A DNA stretch of 62,485 bases, counting the filler. It is 7 parts of 7 records of this genome, joined end to end, with 100 filler letters (N's around TTAATTAATTAA, not from the genome) between each part and the next. Parts side by side here need not be neighbours in the genome. Positions count along the whole stretch, not along the records: positions 1 to 27,615 come from SRR20825010_6435; positions 27,716 to 34,980 come from SRR20825010_6440; 5 more parts are not named here. One strand, 5' to 3'. How positions within the stretch are numbered: the first letter of the stretch is position 1; each line of letters starts with the position of its first letter. The notes beneath the pieces were generated by a model. The model had not been told where the DNA came from and searched no databases. It saw only the letters and a program-made list of their open reading frames with translations. This document shows positions 20,822 to 30,682 of the stretch, piece after piece. Position numbers and translations under genes: made by a program.

Positions 20822-21030
20822 GGTTGGCTCGTTGTGTGTCAGGCGGGATCGGCTAAACGAAATTCAAATGGCATCGCGTCAGCCGGTGAGGACAGGAAGG
20901 CAAGCTCGATCGCTCCCGCGGGCTCTGGCGGCCATTTTTCGGGAAGTGTATCGACCGCTCATTTTGAACCAATGTGATCCGTGGTTGCATGCTCAGATTT
21001 CAGGAAAACTTCACAAATTTGGACGGCGAC

Positions 21031-21051
21031 ATTTATGAACAAACCATGAAG
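21031..21051 (-). promoter_or_regulatory. candidate Pho box in the phoD/phoX divergent promoter
   Basis: minus strand cTTCAT-ggtttg-TTCATaaat, direct repeat with 11-bp period. Confidence 0.5.
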
Positions 21052-21229
21052 TTTGTTGCTGGATGCAAAACAGTGAGATGCGTTTGAACACAAATTCGAT
21101 ACTCTGTCGCGAAATCTGCCTTGGGCAATCAAGCATTCCGAGGCCGTGTTCCATTCAAGCCAGTTTCATTGGATCGATCGGGCTGATTCGCCTCAATTCG
21201 ATCCCTCTTTTATAGGAGTGGTCTGCATC

Positions 21230-22663
21230 GTGACCGATCGCAATCGTCGACAATTTCTAAGCGACAATTTTTCAGCCTTGGGGTCTTTCGGTGTGACCGC
21301 TGCTTTGGCGGGATTGGGGCAACGCGTGGTTCGAGGCGAGCAGCCCGAAGCGGCATCGACCTTACGACCGACATCGGATGACACGACCGGATTGCCGCTG
21401 TTGCGACTGCCGGAAGGTTTCCGGTACCGCACGTTTGGTTGGACCGGTGACATCATGGCCGATGGAACTCCAACCCCGGCCGCTCATGACGGGATGGGGG
21501 TGATCTCCAGTCAGGGCGATGTGTTGACGCTTTGCCGCAATCATGAAATCAGCGACGACGGTCGAGCGATCGCAATCAAATCGGGACGTGCCTATGACAA
21601 TCGAGCTCAAGGCGGTTGCACCGAGTTGCGGTTTGACAGTGCCAAAGGTGAATGGCTCGATAGCCGTGTGGTGTTCTCCGGATCCAGTCGCAACTGTGCC
21701 GGTGGCGTCACACCGTGGGGAACGTGGTTGACCGCAGAAGAGACCGTGCTGGGGCCTCTCGATGCAGACCATTACAAAGCGGACAAGGTTCGTACATTCG
21801 AAAAGACTCACGGTTGGGTTTTCGAAGTTGGCCACACCGATGCCGATGGCAACCCGGTTCCTTTGAAAGACATGGGGCGCTTTGTTCACGAAGCCGTCGC
21901 GATCGATCGAAACAGCGGCATCGTGTATCTCACCGAAGATCGTTCCACATCGGGCTTCTATCGTTTCTTGCCCAACACGCCCGGCAAATTGGCGGATGGC
22001 GGACGTCTGGAAATGGCGGAAGTCGTCGGGCAGTCTGACCTGCGGGGTGGCTTTCAAAACGGAGCGCAGTTCGATGTGCGTTGGCACTTGATTGATGATC
22101 CAACATTGGCCCACAGTCCCGAGTCGCTGAAGAACGTTTCGAAAGAAGGCGCAGTCGGTGACGAGTTGGGTGTCTTTCAACAGGGACAGAAGAAAGGTGG
22201 GTCGACGTTTTCGCGGCTCGAAGGATGTTGGTTCGGCAATGGCGTGGTGTACTTCGACGCGACCAGTGGTGGTGCGGCGGAAGCGGGGCAGATTTGGCAG
22301 TTCGATCCAAAGCAGCAAACGTTGACGTTGTTGTTCGAATCGCCCAGCAAGCCGACTTTGAACATGCCCGACAACTTGTGTGTCAGTCCTCAAGGTGGTT
22401 TGGTGCTGTGCGAAGACAATGACTACGGAGCCAATGAGTACCCGCAGCGTGCCTTCACGCTATCGCAAGATGGGCGATTGAAGTTGTTGGCTGAAAACAA
22501 TGTCCAGCTTCATGGAGAAAAGAACGGCTTCCAAGGTGACTTCCGAACCAAAGAGTGGGCCGGAGCGACGTTCAGCCCCGATGGAAAATGGTTGTTCGTC
22601 AATTTGCAAAGCCCCGGCATCACTTGTGCCATCACAGGACCCTGGAAAGACGCTTTCGCCTAA
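21230..22663 (+). CDS. phoX: PhoX-family (DUF839) alkaline phosphatase
   Basis: Tat signal NRRQFL, HDGMG, RNHE, NCAGG.TPWGTWLTAEE, MGRFVHEA, PDN, EWAGATFSPDG; GTG start after AGGAG. Confidence 0.92.
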   Translation: MTDRNRRQFLSDNFSALGSFGVTAALAGLGQRVVRGEQPEAASTLRPTSDDTTGLPLLRLPEGFRYRTFGWTGDIMADGTPTPAAHDGMGVISSQGDVLTLCRNHEISDDGRAIAIKSGRAYDNRAQGGCTELRFDSAKGEWLDSRVVFSGSSRNCAGGVTPWGTWLTAEETVLGPLDADHYKADKVRTFEKTHGWVFEVGHTDADGNPVPLKDMGRFVHEAVAIDRNSGIVYLTEDRSTSGFYRFLPNTPGKLADGGRLEMAEVVGQSDLRGGFQNGAQFDVRWHLIDDPTLAHSPESLKNVSKEGAVGDELGVFQQGQKKGGSTFSRLEGCWFGNGVVYFDATSGGAAEAGQIWQFDPKQQTLTLLFESPSKPTLNMPDNLCVSPQGGLVLCEDNDYGANEYPQRAFTLSQDGRLKLLAENNVQLHGEKNGFQGDFRTKEWAGATFSPDGKWLFVNLQSPGITCAITGPWKDAFA

Positions 22664-23027
22664 GTCCCCAGACGTGGTGGCGAGGTGAGCCGTCCTGATT
22701 CGAATGGTCGATCCCGGCTGGTCTCGCCAGCCGGTGCGATCAATTGCGTCGTGTTCTTCCTCCTTTGAGGACGGCAATGTTTCTCGGGACTCCATTTCGG
22801 TGGCGGAGTTGGATTTTCGCGTCTTTTGAGCTTCGGGGGGCCCCAAGGCGGTGTATTCTGAGGTCTCTTCATGGTTTTTTACCTTGAACATCGTAGGCAT
22901 CAGAACAACGAGGCTTCCAGGGTTCGCGACGCTAGTATGCGCGCGGCTGGGGTGCTTTCGGAGGGTGAGTGGCGTTTGCGATCGTCTGTGGTGAACACAT
23001 AGACACATTGCAGACAGGCACGAGGCA

Positions 23028-24077
23028 ATGAGACGAACGACACAGCCGATTGGCAGCACAGATGGCGAGAACACTGGCGACGTAGCGAGGCCATCGCGTC
23101 TTGGATTCACGCTGGTGGAGTTGCTGGTCGTCATCGCGATCATCGGAATGCTGGTGGGGCTGTTGTTGCCCGCGGTCCAGGCAGCTCGCGAAGCAGCTCG
23201 TCGAGCTGATTGCAGCAACCGATCGCGCCAGCTCGCGTTGGCAATTCACAATTACCACTCCGCATTTCGCAAATTGCCAAGAGCCTGGTGGTTGGAGACT
23301 CCACCCAAGGCGTTCAACGGTGGCAACTGGATGATGTCCATTTTGCCGCAGTTGGAACAACAAGGACTGTATGACCAAATCGATCGAAGCATTCTGCCGG
23401 TCGATCAACTCAGTCCTGACAACGTGGCCGCTTTGCAAACGCCGATGTCGTTGTTCATCTGCCCGTCCTCGCCCGGTGGGATTGAGTCGCGTCGCTACTT
23501 GTTCGATTCCAATCCGGCTGGACTGCCGTTCACGGCGACGAACTTGGCCCCGGCGGATTTCTCGCCGACCACGGGTGTGCGTGGCACGTATGCCAACTTC
23601 GCCTATGGCGCGACGTTAAGTGGCGGCCGCGAAGGCGCTTTGCAGGTCGTCAGTCCAATTTTCGGTGGCGATCAAGATGGCCGTTTTGCGGACATCTTGG
23701 ATGGATTGTCTCACACCACTTTGTTTGGCGAACGCACGGGCGGCAACGTTGTCTACAGCGCCGGTCGCGAAGACCCGGTCGCCACTGCCGCGTTGATCGG
23801 CGTTGAAGGTGGAGGGTGGGGAGATCTACTCAACGGCGAACATTGGCTACAAGGTTCGCTGCGAAGTGGATTGAGTTGGCCGCCGGTTGGCGGGCCTTGC
23901 GCGATCAACTGCACAAACGCTCGTGGGTTCGGATTCCACAGCTTTCACGCAGGTGGATGTCACTTTGCGTTCGCCGATGGATCCATTCGCTTTATCAACA
24001 CCAGCATCGAACCGCTTGTGTTTTCGTCCAACATCACGCGACGTGGCCGGGAAGTGATTGCTGAAGATGGAATTTAG
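23028..24077 (+). CDS. DUF1559 prepilin-type protein
   Basis: GFTLVELLVVIAIIGMLVGLLLPAVQAAREAARR and C-terminal H-X9-DG (FHAGGCHFAFADGS). Confidence 0.96.
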   Translation: MRRTTQPIGSTDGENTGDVARPSRLGFTLVELLVVIAIIGMLVGLLLPAVQAAREAARRADCSNRSRQLALAIHNYHSAFRKLPRAWWLETPPKAFNGGNWMMSILPQLEQQGLYDQIDRSILPVDQLSPDNVAALQTPMSLFICPSSPGGIESRRYLFDSNPAGLPFTATNLAPADFSPTTGVRGTYANFAYGATLSGGREGALQVVSPIFGGDQDGRFADILDGLSHTTLFGERTGGNVVYSAGREDPVATAALIGVEGGGWGDLLNGEHWLQGSLRSGLSWPPVGGPCAINCTNARGFGFHSFHAGGCHFAFADGSIRFINTSIEPLVFSSNITRRGREVIAEDGI

Positions 24078-24525
24078 GTTGTTGAAACGGCGAAGGATCG
24101 TGATGACTGCGATTGGTCAACAGTTGGGTTTGGTTTTGCTGCTTGGGTTGATGGTTGGTTGCACCAGCAAAACGCCAGACGACGGAATGGTTCCGGTCAG
24201 CGGTGTCGTGGAAGTGGACGGCGAGCCAGCGGTTGGCGTCGTCATCGAGCTGCATCCTCCATCCAAAGCACCATCGCTCGCGAAGGGGATCACATCGGAA
24301 GGTGGGCGTTTTGAAATCAGCACGCTGACGCAAGGAGATGGGGTGAAGCCAGGGACCTACGACATCACCTTCGTATGGAGCGAGTTCAACATTGTCACGC
24401 GTTCTCAAGAAGGCGATCGATTGAACGGACGCTATGCGAAACCGGACCAATCGTCTATTCAGTGGACGGTGCCGGACGAAGAGTCCTGGGACGCCGGTAC
24501 AATTCAATTGTCCAGCGAAAAGTGA
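24058..24525 (+). CDS. lipoprotein with carboxypeptidase-regulatory-like domain (usual DUF1559 partner)
   Basis: lipobox MVGC, VSGVVEVDGEP, DGVKPGTY; start may be a few codons downstream. Confidence 0.85.
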   Translation: MLKMEFRLLKRRRIVMTAIGQQLGLVLLLGLMVGCTSKTPDDGMVPVSGVVEVDGEPAVGVVIELHPPSKAPSLAKGITSEGGRFEISTLTQGDGVKPGTYDITFVWSEFNIVTRSQEGDRLNGRYAKPDQSSIQWTVPDEESWDAGTIQLSSEK

Positions 24526-24558
24526 CTGCTTTCAAAATCGACGCCGATTGTGTCGATG

Positions 24559-25521
24559 TCACTGCGCGGCAGCCACCACCACCAAAAACAACAAAGCCAA
24601 GGCAATCGCACCGCAGATCGTGAGTACGATTTTCGCGGTGGAGTAGGGGGCGGTTCCCGTTAGGTCTTGTGCGTTTTGTCCGCTAATGACGACCCGGTAA
24701 AGCTGGTCGTGGTAGCGATACGCCATGACATAGGCGGGCAGCGACAATCGCCGAGTGGTCAGCCCTTTCACGACGGTTTCGACGTGAACGTTGCGAAAAC
24801 TTGAACCGGGAATTTGAGTTTCCTCGACGTGCTTTTTTGCCATCAAACGCAAGGCGTCACGGACTTGCCGTCGAGCCTGAGATCGCTGGACGTCAAACTG
24901 CTCTCTCGTCACACCGTCTTCGCGGTTGGGAGTCGCTCTCGCAGTGCGAAGATCCAGTCGCCGACTGACGGTAACTGCTTCCGGTTGCGACAGTCCACGT
25001 GATGCCGACACGAGGATGTTTTGAAACACCACGTCAGTTTGTCCGGAATGAGGTGCCCAGCTTGATCTTCGCGAATTGGCGTTGGAGTCCGCGGCCCAAC
25101 TGATTTTGCACTCGGTGTCGAAGACCCATGCGACCCAGTACAGCGGATGCAGGTCATCCACGTGCGAAGCAGAGGTCAGATCGCTGGGGCGGAACCAACC
25201 AAGTGAACCAAGCCATTGCCGAAGTGCACGCTGAGCATCATCGGGGGTCAGCAGGAAGGGCAGGTAGGCTTCGGTTTGTTCCATCGGGTCGACGATGGTT
25301 TCGATCTCTACGATTCCGTCGCAAAACGAACATCGCAGGGCTTGATGCTCTGGGTCGAACGCGACCGCAGCACCGCAACCTTTGCAACGAAGGATCTTCG
25401 CGGAGACGTTCTGTTTTGTGTTTTCGTTTGGAGGTGACGATTGACCACAGATCGAGCATCGCAAGTCACCGTGTTCGAGCGGCGTGTCGCAGCGAGAGCA
25501 AACGGAAATGATTTCAGGCAT
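24559..25521 (-). CDS. zinc-ribbon protein with C-terminal transmembrane anchor
   Basis: four CxxC pairs, YLPF, LPAY..Y, ISGQ, C-terminal TM helix; start taken at MPEIISVC. Confidence 0.8.
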   Translation of the reverse strand: MPEIISVCSRCDTPLEHGDLRCSICGQSSPPNENTKQNVSAKILRCKGCGAAVAFDPEHQALRCSFCDGIVEIETIVDPMEQTEAYLPFLLTPDDAQRALRQWLGSLGWFRPSDLTSASHVDDLHPLYWVAWVFDTECKISWAADSNANSRRSSWAPHSGQTDVVFQNILVSASRGLSQPEAVTVSRRLDLRTARATPNREDGVTREQFDVQRSQARRQVRDALRLMAKKHVEETQIPGSSFRNVHVETVVKGLTTRRLSLPAYVMAYRYHDQLYRVVISGQNAQDLTGTAPYSTAKIVLTICGAIALALLFLVVVAAAQ

Positions 25522-25528
25522 CGTCAGC

Positions 25529-26467
25529 TCACTGCATGGCGGAAAGAAGAACGATGAATGCAATGAACAACAGCACGGCACCGACAACCAATGCGATTTT
25601 GGTGGTCGATGTGGGCACGCTGCCACCGACTCGCCCCGTTTGGCCGTTGACCAAAATTTGCACCGGAGGTTGGTTTTCGTCGTAGCGGACGGCGAAACAC
25701 CAAATGGGCAAAAGCACGAGGTCGATTACTTCGCGAGAGAGTTGCGTGCGATGTTCCAGGTTCCGATGGGAGTCGCCGGGCATGAAGTTTTTCAGTTGCG
25801 AACCAACTTTCGCGATTGTTTCACCATGTGCCAACTGAAAACAAGTCGCTTGTTCTTTGGACGGGAGCTCCGCCAGCCACCCCGTGATGATCGATGGCGA
25901 ATACCGACGAAGCGCTCGCAGGTCAAACGGTTCGATCGCTTCTAGGGAATCGTTGTCGGTGCCTTTGGATGCGGTCACGATCACATCCAGGACATAACAC
26001 GAGTATTGCCCGGTGAGACTCCGCCACTCGGTTTTTGTGACAGTTCGAGTTCGCGTGACTCGTTTGCCGTTGGAGTCGGTCGTCGTATAGGTTTCCGTCT
26101 CCGTGTAGTTCTCGCCGATGCTGGCGGAATACTGTGTGTCGGCAACCGCGCCGTACAAATACGCCGGAAGATACACCCCGCGAGTGCAGTTTGGTGCGGC
26201 TCGTTTGAAATCGGAGCGAGCGAACCAGTGGGCTCGACCGATCCATTGTTTGACGAGCTCGGTGGCTCGTTCTTGGTCCACGACAAAGCCGATTGCGAAT
26301 GTCGGCGTGGGGCGGTTTTTTGACGGCGGACGTTGGATCACCGATGGTGAGGCACAGTACGGACAAATTGTCGCTAGCATGCCCGACAGACCCGTCAACG
26401 CAGCACCGCATGATTGACACGCAATCTCCTGCAGTTCAGGTTCGGTCGTCAATTCCGCTGTAGGCAT
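25529..26467 (-). CDS. zinc-ribbon protein with C-terminal transmembrane anchor (paralogue of the downstream gene)
   Basis: CQSCGA...CPYC, YLPAY, LLPIW, VNGQTG.V.G, C-terminal TM helix. Confidence 0.85.
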   Translation of the reverse strand: MPTAELTTEPELQEIACQSCGAALTGLSGMLATICPYCASPSVIQRPPSKNRPTPTFAIGFVVDQERATELVKQWIGRAHWFARSDFKRAAPNCTRGVYLPAYLYGAVADTQYSASIGENYTETETYTTTDSNGKRVTRTRTVTKTEWRSLTGQYSCYVLDVIVTASKGTDNDSLEAIEPFDLRALRRYSPSIITGWLAELPSKEQATCFQLAHGETIAKVGSQLKNFMPGDSHRNLEHRTQLSREVIDLVLLPIWCFAVRYDENQPPVQILVNGQTGRVGGSVPTSTTKIALVVGAVLLFIAFIVLLSAMQ

Positions 26468-26932
26468 TCCGGACAGGTCTCGCTTTGTCTAATACGGTCG
26501 TCGGTGAAGAGGTCGCCAGTGGACAGGCGAGTTCTTTCGTGGATTGGGGCGCAGGATGTCTGCTTTGATAGCAACAAAAGCCGGCTCGATCGACACGAGA
26601 GCTCTCCAGGTGTCGCGGTCGACTGTGCCGGGAAGGTGTACATGCTTATGGCGGTTCATCAATGCTTTCGCAAATGACGGCTTGACGATCAGCTTGAGAG
26701 GATACACTCAAAAGGCCTCGTGGTTTTCGAAGCGGTCCATTGTCCATTTGATGCAATGGGTCAGCGGAATTGACCAAACTGCGAGGATGGATTTCAATTC
26801 CTTTCTGACAAGGAAGACAATCTAAGTAGGTTCCACTGGATGGGGAGCGGAAGAGTTTTTTAGCTTCCGCCGGTAAGCTGTGTCCCTTGTCTCCGCATTG
26901 AAGTGGCAAACAGTCGGTGACATCGACGCATC

Positions 26933-27615
26933 GTGGCCCGTCTCGGTGACGCCGCCCATTTCGAAGCGCTCTTTCACGCGAGGATGGAAGCACGGGTGAA
27001 TTCGACCGCAACGACCGAAAATCAACGAAGCCTGACTCGCAGTTTGGTCAACCCGCTCGCGGTGGCCGTGGTGATGATCGTGTTGATCATCAGTGGGGTG
27101 ATCGCATTTCACAACATTCGTGAACTGCAGGAAACGCGACTCAAGGTCGGCTTGACGCTGAAGGTCTTGGCTTCTTTGGCTGAGATCGAGGGTGCCGTGA
27201 TGGATGCCGAACGTGGGCAACGGGACTACTTGATCACGGACGATCAGCGGCATTTGGAGCCTTTCAAGGAAGCCGTCAAACGCACCAAGCAGAGCCTCGA
27301 TCAATTCGAGAAGCTGACTCAAGACCATGCGGTCCAGCGAGCCAAGTTCAACCATCTTCGAGAGAACGTCGAAGAACGAATCAAGCATCTCAATGCCGTG
27401 TTGGATATTCGAGCTGAAGAAGGTTCCGAGGCCGCTCGCGCCGCCGTGATCCAGAATTTGGACCAGAACTTGATGGGGAAAATCGACGATCTGGCCATCT
27501 CGATGCGGAAGATTGAAGAGGACCTGTTGGTTGTTCGCGAAGCGATGGCGACGCGAGCCTATCGCAGCGGGATCGTAACCTCGGTGTCATCCACTTTGAT
27601 TGGTCTGATTCTCGT
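26933..27615 (+). CDS. CHASE3-domain sensor protein, truncated by the contig end
   Basis: TM helix, DAERGQRDYLIT..D..HLEPF, second TM helix at the break; start uncertain. Confidence 0.85.
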
Positions 27616-27715
27616 NNNNNNNNNNNNNNNNNNNNNNNNNNNNNNNNNNNNNNNNNNNNTTAATTAATTAANNNNNNNNNNNNNNNNNNNNNNNNNNNNN
27701 NNNNNNNNNNNNNNN
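27616..27715. other. artificial contig spacer
   Basis: N44-TTAATTAATTAA-N44, which gives stops in all six frames. Confidence 0.99.
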
Positions 27716-27885
27716 CAAATGTAAACCATGTGACAAGAATGGACCGCGGGTGGTTGGTGGAGTTGAGGTCCACATAACTAGTGTACCGCTACATCCCTAT
27801 ATGAACTTTTACCCAATAAAATCAGTTATCTTCCAAGAAGCCTCTTGCTTCATCGTCCCGCAGAAGCCCGCAACATCCCTTGACA

Positions 27886-27916
27886 GCCCCTAAATATTAG
27901 GGGCAGATTAGGGGCA
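27886..27916. promoter_or_regulatory. candidate integrase arm-binding repeats
   Basis: attaggggca at 27896-27905 and 27907-27916, plus inverted gcccctaa at 27886-27893. Confidence 0.55.
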
Positions 27917-28171
27917 TTCAGACATACAGGTCCGGCGGTCCGAGGCAATAAGATCGCGGACCCGCAGCAGGATTCACCTTCATGAACAGTTCACGCCCCA
28001 CCACAATCTCCGCTCCGACATGGAACAACCTCACCGAGATCGTGAGTACGGTTATGGCTAATTTGGGTGAGGGGTTCCGTGCCCGCCATGTGCGATACGG
28101 GCGTGGCGAGAACGGCTGGCCGACGGTCCAATTCACTCTCGAACGCATCACCCGGCATTGAGAGCGCGACC

Positions 28172-29485
28172 ATGGCAGACAAATTGCTCACGCCACTAGA
28201 GGTCAAGAATGCCGCCCCCGGAGCCATCCTCAAAGATGGGGGTGGCCTTTTCTATCGCGCCACCGCGAAGGGCAATGGGCGATGGGTGTTCCGGTTCACG
28301 TCCAAGGACCCCGGATATCTGGCCGCGCAGGCCGCGAAGGGCAGCAAGAGCCGCCAACGCGAAATGGGCCTTGGAGGTTTCCCGGACGTCAAGCTCGCCA
28401 CAGCACGCGAAAAAGCACAGCATGCGAGGGAGTACGTTACCCGTGGGCTAGACCCGATTGAGGAAGCCGAGCGGGAAGCACGGGCCGCGCGGTTGGCCGC
28501 CGAAACCGCTGCTTCTGCCGCAACGTTCGGCACCTATGCCGACGAAACATTCATTCCGTGGAAGATTAAGAGCTTTCACAACCAGAAGCACATCTACCAG
28601 TGGAAACACACCTTTACGCATCACGCCAAGGACCTGCGAAGCATGAAGCTGGCGGACATTACACGAGAGGACATTCTGTCCGTTTTGGAGCCGATTTGGG
28701 AGGATAAGCACGTCACCGCTGCACGTGTACGCGGGCGGCTGGAAGCGCTGTTTGACCACGCCATCCAGAACAGCAAGTACCGCCAAGACAACCCGGCAAG
28801 GTGGGAGTTATTCAACGCAACACTGAAACCGCCGCAGAAGCTTACCAATGGACATCTATCCGCAATGCCGTGGTCGGAGGTTCCTGCCTTCGTCGCCGCA
28901 CTGCGCCAGCGGACGGGGAGCGGGGCGCTAGCCTTGGAATTTGCCATCCTGTCAGCGTCGCGGTCCGGCGAGGTCCGGCTTGCCCGTTGGGACGAATTTA
29001 ATTTCGAGCAGAAGCGTTGGACCATCCCGGCAAGGCGTATGAAAACGCGACGCGACACGAAGCGCCGCGATCATATCGTGCCTTTGACTGACCGCATGAT
29101 TGCCATACTAGAGGTGGCGCGAGCGCATTGTATCAACGCACCCACAGGAAACGACTACGTATTTCAGGGCGGGAAGCGGGGCGAGCCAATGAGCGACATG
29201 ACGCTCCGGGCTGTCATGCGCCGGATGGGGATTAAGGATCATGTTCCCCACGGCTTCCGAAGCTCGTTCCGGGACTGGATCAGCGAGGAAACGGACTATG
29301 ATCCAGCGCTGGCCGAGGAAGCATTGGCGCACCAACTAAGCGAGGTACAAGCTGCATACAAGCGTGGACAAGCCGTTGAGCGCCGCCGGGTGATGATGGA
29401 AGCTTGGGGCGCATACTGCGACGGGCGCGTTGGGCAAGGCAAGGCTATCAACGTGGTCCCCATGTGGGCAGCGAATGGAGAATAG
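28172..29485 (+). CDS. P4-like tyrosine integrase with arm-DNA-binding N-terminus
   Basis: DGGGL, REMGLGGFPDVKLA.AR, SRSGEVR, RMK, HGFRSSFRDW, LAH, AY; start at MADKLL. Confidence 0.96.
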   Translation: MADKLLTPLEVKNAAPGAILKDGGGLFYRATAKGNGRWVFRFTSKDPGYLAAQAAKGSKSRQREMGLGGFPDVKLATAREKAQHAREYVTRGLDPIEEAEREARAARLAAETAASAATFGTYADETFIPWKIKSFHNQKHIYQWKHTFTHHAKDLRSMKLADITREDILSVLEPIWEDKHVTAARVRGRLEALFDHAIQNSKYRQDNPARWELFNATLKPPQKLTNGHLSAMPWSEVPAFVAALRQRTGSGALALEFAILSASRSGEVRLARWDEFNFEQKRWTIPARRMKTRRDTKRRDHIVPLTDRMIAILEVARAHCINAPTGNDYVFQGGKRGEPMSDMTLRAVMRRMGIKDHVPHGFRSSFRDWISEETDYDPALAEEALAHQLSEVQAAYKRGQAVERRRVMMEAWGAYCDGRVGQGKAINVVPMWAANGE

Positions 29486-29487
29486 GC

Positions 29488-30246
29488 ATGGCACGCGAAA
29501 CGCTCGCTGATATTCTCTCCGATGCCCCTGCGCCGGTTCCACGAACCGAGTTGGAGGGAGCTTTCAAAGCCCTGCTTGATGAAGCTGACACCCGTGACGG
29601 GCAACTAGACCCGGTTCAGTTTTGGGATCTCGTGGCAAGTCTCGCACGGGGAAGGGGCATCGCCGACGAGTTGGAAGAATCAGCTGCCGATGGGGTCGGC
29701 AAGAATGGCACCAAGCCCGACGATCCGCCAACGCACATTTGGCGACGCTATCAGTGGTCCGTGCTGTTCCACTTGCTCAAACGCTTGGGGATGTTCGGTA
29801 GCGGAGCGCTCCCCAACAGCTTCTTGCCAGCCGCCTTCAAGGCCCCCGCCGTGGACAGGCTTCGTGGGACCCGGCACCACATTGACCTGCTTGCGTTAAA
29901 CACGAGTGGCGGCGAACAACGGCCATTCGCTCGGGCGGCGCAACTCTTGCTTGTCCGCGCCGTTCTCTACCGCAAAGCCTGCGATGGCATCTCAGAAGCG
30001 GAGGCGCGGAAGCGGGTGTTGCCGCCGGAAGGGCACCCAACCGACAAAGACATCAACAATGAAGGCTTCGCACGCACTTGGCTCGACTGGAAACGGCGTA
30101 CGGCTGAAACGCTAAGCGTTTCACTGACCCAATTGGGCGAAGACGCCGAAGCCGCCGCGCGCGGGGAGGGAAATCTAGAGGGTTTTTATGCGCCGGACGC
30201 TGCTACTGTTAAGAAGCTCTGGCGCTGGGCCTATAACCCCCGGTGA
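29488..30246 (+). CDS. hypothetical protein between int and alpA
   Basis: ATG 2 nt after the int stop, preceded by GGAG; 252 aa. Confidence 0.7.
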   Translation: MARETLADILSDAPAPVPRTELEGAFKALLDEADTRDGQLDPVQFWDLVASLARGRGIADELEESAADGVGKNGTKPDDPPTHIWRRYQWSVLFHLLKRLGMFGSGALPNSFLPAAFKAPAVDRLRGTRHHIDLLALNTSGGEQRPFARAAQLLLVRAVLYRKACDGISEAEARKRVLPPEGHPTDKDINNEGFARTWLDWKRRTAETLSVSLTQLGEDAEAAARGEGNLEGFYAPDAATVKKLWRWAYNPR

Positions 30247-30332
30247 ATTAATCCAGAAACCACCACCGTCCCGCCACGCACGCTGACGTCCTACAACCGT
30301 TGGGTCAATTCACGAACGGTTGAGGAACCAAG

Positions 30333-30539
30333 ATGTCAGCTGAGCCGCAAACGGCAGAACGTTTCCTGCCCCTCCCTGTCGTCAAAGACCGCACAAGTAT
30401 GGGGCGGAATACTATCTACGAACACATCCGGCAGGGGAGGTTCCCTGCACCCGTCAAGGTAGGGCGCAGGTCCGCTTGGCCGGAGAGTGAAATCGCGCGC
30501 TGGATCGAAGCGCGCAAGGCCGCGCGGAGCACAGCCTGA
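30333..30539 (+). CDS. alpA: AlpA-family regulator/excisionase
   Basis: FLPLPVVKDRTSMGRNTIY..IRQGRFPAPVKVGRRSAWPESEI..WI. Confidence 0.95.
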   Translation: MSAEPQTAERFLPLPVVKDRTSMGRNTIYEHIRQGRFPAPVKVGRRSAWPESEIARWIEARKAARSTA

Positions 30540-30682
30540 CCCAATGAAAACGGCCGGCGCATGAACGCCGACCGTGAAAAGATTTCCTGACAATATCACC
30601 CCGCGCTCGCCAACGCGGACGCCTGCTCGGGAACAGGCAATACTCTTCAACCCCTTGAAAGATAGAGGGGATTATACCTCCA

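Noticed and set aside
26468-26930. Several short ORFs upstream of the Zn-ribbon genes
   Set aside because: No recognisable motif or ribosome site; cannot support any of them.
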